Under the pieces are notes generated by a model. The model had not been told where the DNA came from and did no database searches. It saw only the letters and a list, made by a program, of their open reading frames with translations. From a virus (Duplodnaviria; Caudoviricetes): a stretch of DNA of 64,000 bases. Where the stretch lies: IMG/VR virus record IMGVR_UViG_3300037067_018877, positions 5,958 through 69,957 of that record; one strand, given 5' to 3'. The first letter of the stretch is position 1. Each line of letters begins with the position of its first letter. Below are positions 60,459 through 64,000 of this stretch, in pieces. Both the position numbers and the translations under genes were made by a program.

Positions 60459-62588
60459 TCACTGTCCCCCCGGTCCCGGCGTCGGCGCCGGTCCCCGTTC
60501 TGTCTCGTTCGTCTGTCCCGGTCCCTGCGGCGACTCCGCCGGACCGCCCTGCGGCACGGCGCTCTGGAGCATCTGTGCCGTGAGATGCATCAGGCGTTGC
60601 AAGGCCTGTTCGGGAGGCATCTTACCTCCTCGCACCGCTTCGATCAACTGCAAAATCCCCATCCACTGCACCCACACCTGGTGCCGCTCAAGGATCTTCC
60701 GCCAGTTCGGGATCTCCAGGACCCGCAGCAGCTCCGGCAGCAGCGGCGTCGGCGGGGCCTGGAGGAGCTGATTGGCCTGCATGTGCCGGGCGATCCGCTT
60801 CTCGGCGTCGAAGGGCAAGGCCGATCCGATCTCGACCTTCAGGTCGTACTTGACGTCCTTCATTCGGCTGGTGATCTGCGTGACGCCGGGCACGGCGTTT
60901 TCCCCGAGGATGCGGATCAGGCGGTCGGGTTCGTAGTTCCGCTGGGCGATGTCGGCCGCGTGCAGGCCGATCCGCAGGATCCAGTTCTTCTCGGTCAGGC
61001 TCTGGAGGTGCACCCGGTCGCCGGCGGACATGGCCAGGTACGACGACTCCGTGGCCGTCAGGTCGCCGGCGGACTTCTTGCCCTGGGCGATGTCCTGCAG
61101 GCCCACCATGTTCTTGTACTCCTGGCTCATGATCTGGTAGAGCATCCCGATCACGGGGCTGCTGGAGGGGGGATCGAGGATCTTCACCCGCCCCATGCCC
61201 CCGCGGACCAGCCGGATGATCGCCCCGGCGCCCGAGCCGATCTTGAAGTGTTCCTTGTCGCGGGCCTTGGGACTGTCGATCGCGCCCCGTTCGACGGCGA
61301 CGCGGGGATCACCGAACTGCTTCATGTGGTTGACCAGGTGCGAGACGCTCACGTTGATCATGTCCTGCATCGGCTTGACGAGCTGGACGGCGTCGGAGCC
61401 CTGCCACATGAAGGGGATCACGTAGTGCGGGCAGGTGATGAACGGCCACTGGCGGTAGGGATATTTCTGCTCCTCTTCGTCCTCGTTGAGGGTCGTCTCC
61501 CCGGCCCGCAGGATATATCTTCCCCGGGGGAACTTAGGCTGCTTCCACTCCAGCGGCGGACGGTGAGGCCAGTTCTCCGCCGTCAGGGGCTCGCCCGTCG
61601 CGGCGTCGATGTACATCGGCCCATTCTGGACGGCCGCCTTCGTCGCCAGCAGCTCCTCGATCGGGATCGGCTCGGCGTACCGCTCGTCGGTCTCGCTGAA
61701 ATCGTGGCCCCAACGCTCCGAGAGCTTGACGTAGCGGGTTCGGTCCTTGCCTTTTCCCACGCCGGTCTCGTCCCTGCGGCGCCCGGGCAGGATCGACTGG
61801 AGGATCCGTTCCAGGAGCTGCCCCCTCTGGTCGTCGGGCCCGCGGTCCTGGCCGCCGCGGCCGGTCCCCGGGTAGGTCGCGCTCGTCGAGGCCGACTGGC
61901 CCGGAATCGATTCGGAGCCCGTCTCGAACTCGTCCGTGATCCGGTCCGCCTCGTCCTTGAGCTTGGCCTTGTAGTCGGGCCAGCGGGCCAGAGCGTATTC
62001 GAGGTCGACGTAGCGGACGGTCCCCACCGATCCATCCTGGATCGACTCCTCGCCCGTGGCCCAAAAGAGCGTCGGCTTCCACAGCCGCCCTTTGACCTCG
62101 CCGACCCAGCGGGGCGGGAACACGCGATCGTCCCACTCGGCGCGGTCCTCCCACCAGAGCTTGTAGACGCGGTAGCCGTAGATCTTGCCGCACAGGATCG
62201 CCTTGAGCTGCTCGATCTCCATGCCCTCGGCGTTGAGGCCCCGCTCCCACATCCACTGAAGCCAGCCCTGCCAGGCCTCGGCCGCCTCGGCGTCGCCCGG
62301 CTCGCGGGGATCGCACAAGTACTGCGCCTGCTGGCGGCTGATCTTGGCCACCTCCTGCATCGAGGACGGCCAGATGTAGTTGACGACGATCCAGTCCCAG
62401 TCCTTGTGCCGCCGCCGGCCACCGGTCTGCTCGGAGAAGAAGTACTCCAGGTTCTCCCGCCACATCGCGTTCCAGGACCTCGTGATGGCCATGCCGCGGT
62501 CCTCTTCGTCCTGCAGGGCCTTGACCAGCCGCGCCGAGGGCGTCAGGCCGCTGTTGGCGTCGTCCTTGATTTCCAGTGCGATTCCCAT
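60459..62588 (-). CDS. portal protein (P22-like)
   Basis: 709 aa; WIVVNYIWP; YPYRQWPFI; G...LVKPMQDMIN; NAVPG; Gln/Pro-rich tail; upstream of scaffold and capsid. Confidence 0.85.
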   Translation of the reverse strand: MGIALEIKDDANSGLTPSARLVKALQDEEDRGMAITRSWNAMWRENLEYFFSEQTGGRRRHKDWDWIVVNYIWPSSMQEVAKISRQQAQYLCDPREPGDAEAAEAWQGWLQWMWERGLNAEGMEIEQLKAILCGKIYGYRVYKLWWEDRAEWDDRVFPPRWVGEVKGRLWKPTLFWATGEESIQDGSVGTVRYVDLEYALARWPDYKAKLKDEADRITDEFETGSESIPGQSASTSATYPGTGRGGQDRGPDDQRGQLLERILQSILPGRRRDETGVGKGKDRTRYVKLSERWGHDFSETDERYAEPIPIEELLATKAAVQNGPMYIDAATGEPLTAENWPHRPPLEWKQPKFPRGRYILRAGETTLNEDEEEQKYPYRQWPFITCPHYVIPFMWQGSDAVQLVKPMQDMINVSVSHLVNHMKQFGDPRVAVERGAIDSPKARDKEHFKIGSGAGAIIRLVRGGMGRVKILDPPSSSPVIGMLYQIMSQEYKNMVGLQDIAQGKKSAGDLTATESSYLAMSAGDRVHLQSLTEKNWILRIGLHAADIAQRNYEPDRLIRILGENAVPGVTQITSRMKDVKYDLKVEIGSALPFDAEKRIARHMQANQLLQAPPTPLLPELLRVLEIPNWRKILERHQVWVQWMGILQLIEAVRGGKMPPEQALQRLMHLTAQMLQSAVPQGGPAESPQGPGQTNETERGPAPTPGPGGQ

Positions 62589-62600
62589 CTTTACACTCCG

Positions 62601-62927
62601 TCACTCGCTCTTCTTGTCGGGCAGGCCGGTCGGCTGGCCCTCGAGGAGCAGGCAGACCTGGCCGACGATCAGACTGCCGTAGGACTGGGCCACAAGCCCC
62701 TTGAGCATCTGGACTTCGCCGGAATCGAGATCGACCCGAGGCTCCCTGCACCCCGCCAGCTTCACGCCCAGGGCGAACTGCCGGGCCTTCTCCTCGACGC
62801 TCTGGTCGGTGCGACCCGCACGGGTCAGAGCGGCGAGCAGCACGCTGCGAAGAAGCAGGTCCGCCTCTCCGTCCCGGATCGTCTCCCCTGTGAATGTCCT
62901 CATCGTCGCGGAAAGCTCCACGTTCAT
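62601..62927 (-). CDS. phage hypothetical protein (fibre-chaperone-like)
   Basis: VDLDSGEVQMLKGLVAQSYGSLIVGQVCLLLEG. Confidence 0.65.
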   Translation of the reverse strand: MNVELSATMRTFTGETIRDGEADLLLRSVLLAALTRAGRTDQSVEEKARQFALGVKLAGCREPRVDLDSGEVQMLKGLVAQSYGSLIVGQVCLLLEGQPTGLPDKKSE

Positions 62928-62958
62928 GATGGTCCTTTCTCCATGTGAATGCACCCTG

Positions 62959-64000
62959 CTACGCCATGGCCGTAATACGGCCGTTCACCGTCGTGACGCT
63001 CGTGATTCCCGCGAGGCTATGCGCCCCGTCCGAGACCGGAGTCACCTGCGTCTGCGCCGTGGCGATCCCTCCGGCCAGAGCGGTCACATCGCTCACCTTG
63101 CCCGCCGCCGCGGCCTGCGTCACGCCATCAGTGCCGTTGGTGTTGAATATGGTATCGGAGCGAACCGAGGAATTGCAGCGGAACGCGGTAGTAGCTGTAA
63201 CCAACGAATCCGTCGCCGTCAAACGCAGAGTTGGTGTAGACCCAGTAGACAAGCCAACCACGGAATATCCATATATATCCGTGGTCCACTTAGAAGCGAC
63301 GGTGACATTGTAACTATTACGAACTCGTCCCAACGGAGTAGTGGCGTCAGAACTCAAGAACGAGATCGAAATATCGCCGCCGGACCCGCTGCTTGTGTGC
63401 ACCAACTTTTCAAGTGTTACGGCGGTAGTTCCGCCAGAATTTGTCTGGATCGTACCATTTACCTCAAGTAGAGCCTCTGGCGTAAACGTCGAGATTCCGA
63501 TACCCACGCTACCGTTCGTGCCCAACACAAACTGATTCGTCGCTAGGGCATCGCCGCTCAGAATAAGTGGTCTCGTGGTGCCCGTTCCACTCTTGCCAGT
63601 GAAGAACGCAAATGATGTTCCTCGGGCTCTACATGAGACGAATTCGTAATTGCTGGAATCAGCAAAGTAGTCCGTCCCGAATACACTGAATTGTGTGAGA
63701 TTGTTGGCGACTCCTGTCCCTTTTGGGACCACACCGAAAGAGCAATTCGTGTTCGTCCCTTCGTTGGGATAGAAATACGTCTGCGAGTAGTTGGCTAAAT
63801 TGTTGAGCGGACGTATGGAGGGATCAGCTCCTGCTCCAGCACTGGTCAATACCAACTGCCCTAGAGTAAGCTCGGCAAACTCGGGCGTTGCCGTCGTCGG
63901 CAGACTGATCTCCTGCCCGGTGAGCGACAAACCATTCGACGACCCTGGGATCGTCACAGCCGCGTGACTAGCCGCAACCGCAGCAGCAACCGCCGCATCG
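62959..64000 (-). CDS. tail-fibre-like structural protein, 5' end outside the window
   Basis: frame open to the window edge; GSVGIGISTFTPEALLEVNG repeat motif; ends VNGRITAMA; S/T/G-rich; lower GC. Confidence 0.65.
   Translation of the reverse strand, partial: DAAVAAAVAASHAAVTIPGSSNGLSLTGQEISLPTTATPEFAELTLGQLVLTSAGAGADPSIRPLNNLANYSQTYFYPNEGTNTNCSFGVVPKGTGVANNLTQFSVFGTDYFADSSNYEFVSCRARGTSFAFFTGKSGTGTTRPLILSGDALATNQFVLGTNGSVGIGISTFTPEALLEVNGTIQTNSGGTTAVTLEKLVHTSSGSGGDISISFLSSDATTPLGRVRNSYNVTVASKWTTDIYGYSVVGLSTGSTPTLRLTATDSLVTATTAFRCNSSVRSDTIFNTNGTDGVTQAAAAGKVSDVTALAGGIATAQTQVTPVSDGAHSLAGITSVTTVNGRITAMA

Overview
This window is a 64-kb slice of a GC-rich tailed-phage genome, probably temperate and podovirus-like (P22/T7-style portal, adaptor/nozzle and ejection proteins; no tail tube or tape measure is seen). 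Nearly all genes are on the minus strand. Left to right it contains: a serine resolvase, a nonamer repeat array and a Rep-like gene (possible plasmid-type origin); a short plus-strand operon of hypotheticals; a replication/recombination module (primase-helicase, SF2 helicase, split C5-MTase, Dam, SSB, ERF, RecE-like nuclease); a tyrosine integrase and candidate RHH repressor; a 3975-aa DarB-like polyvalent protein and ejection/tail genes; a nonulosonic (pseudaminic-type) sugar cluster; and head genes (adaptor, decoration, major capsid, scaffold, portal). The most notable feature is an IS110/Nop-like gene (8172-9059) with no nuclease domain, flanked on both sides by arrays of 36-nt units (9-nt edge repeat, 9-nt spacer, 9-nt loop repeat, 9-nt spacer; 3 + 8 units, 22 distinct spacers). 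This is the architecture of a TIGR-TasA RNA-guided DNA-targeting system, here inside the replication operon. Other highlights: a triple-coded C5-MTase locus, two probable overprinted genes within the giant protein, an attenuator-like leader, a tRNA-like RNA, and a dispersed GTCAAT nonamer repeat family. All product calls come from motifs read by eye; no database search was run.
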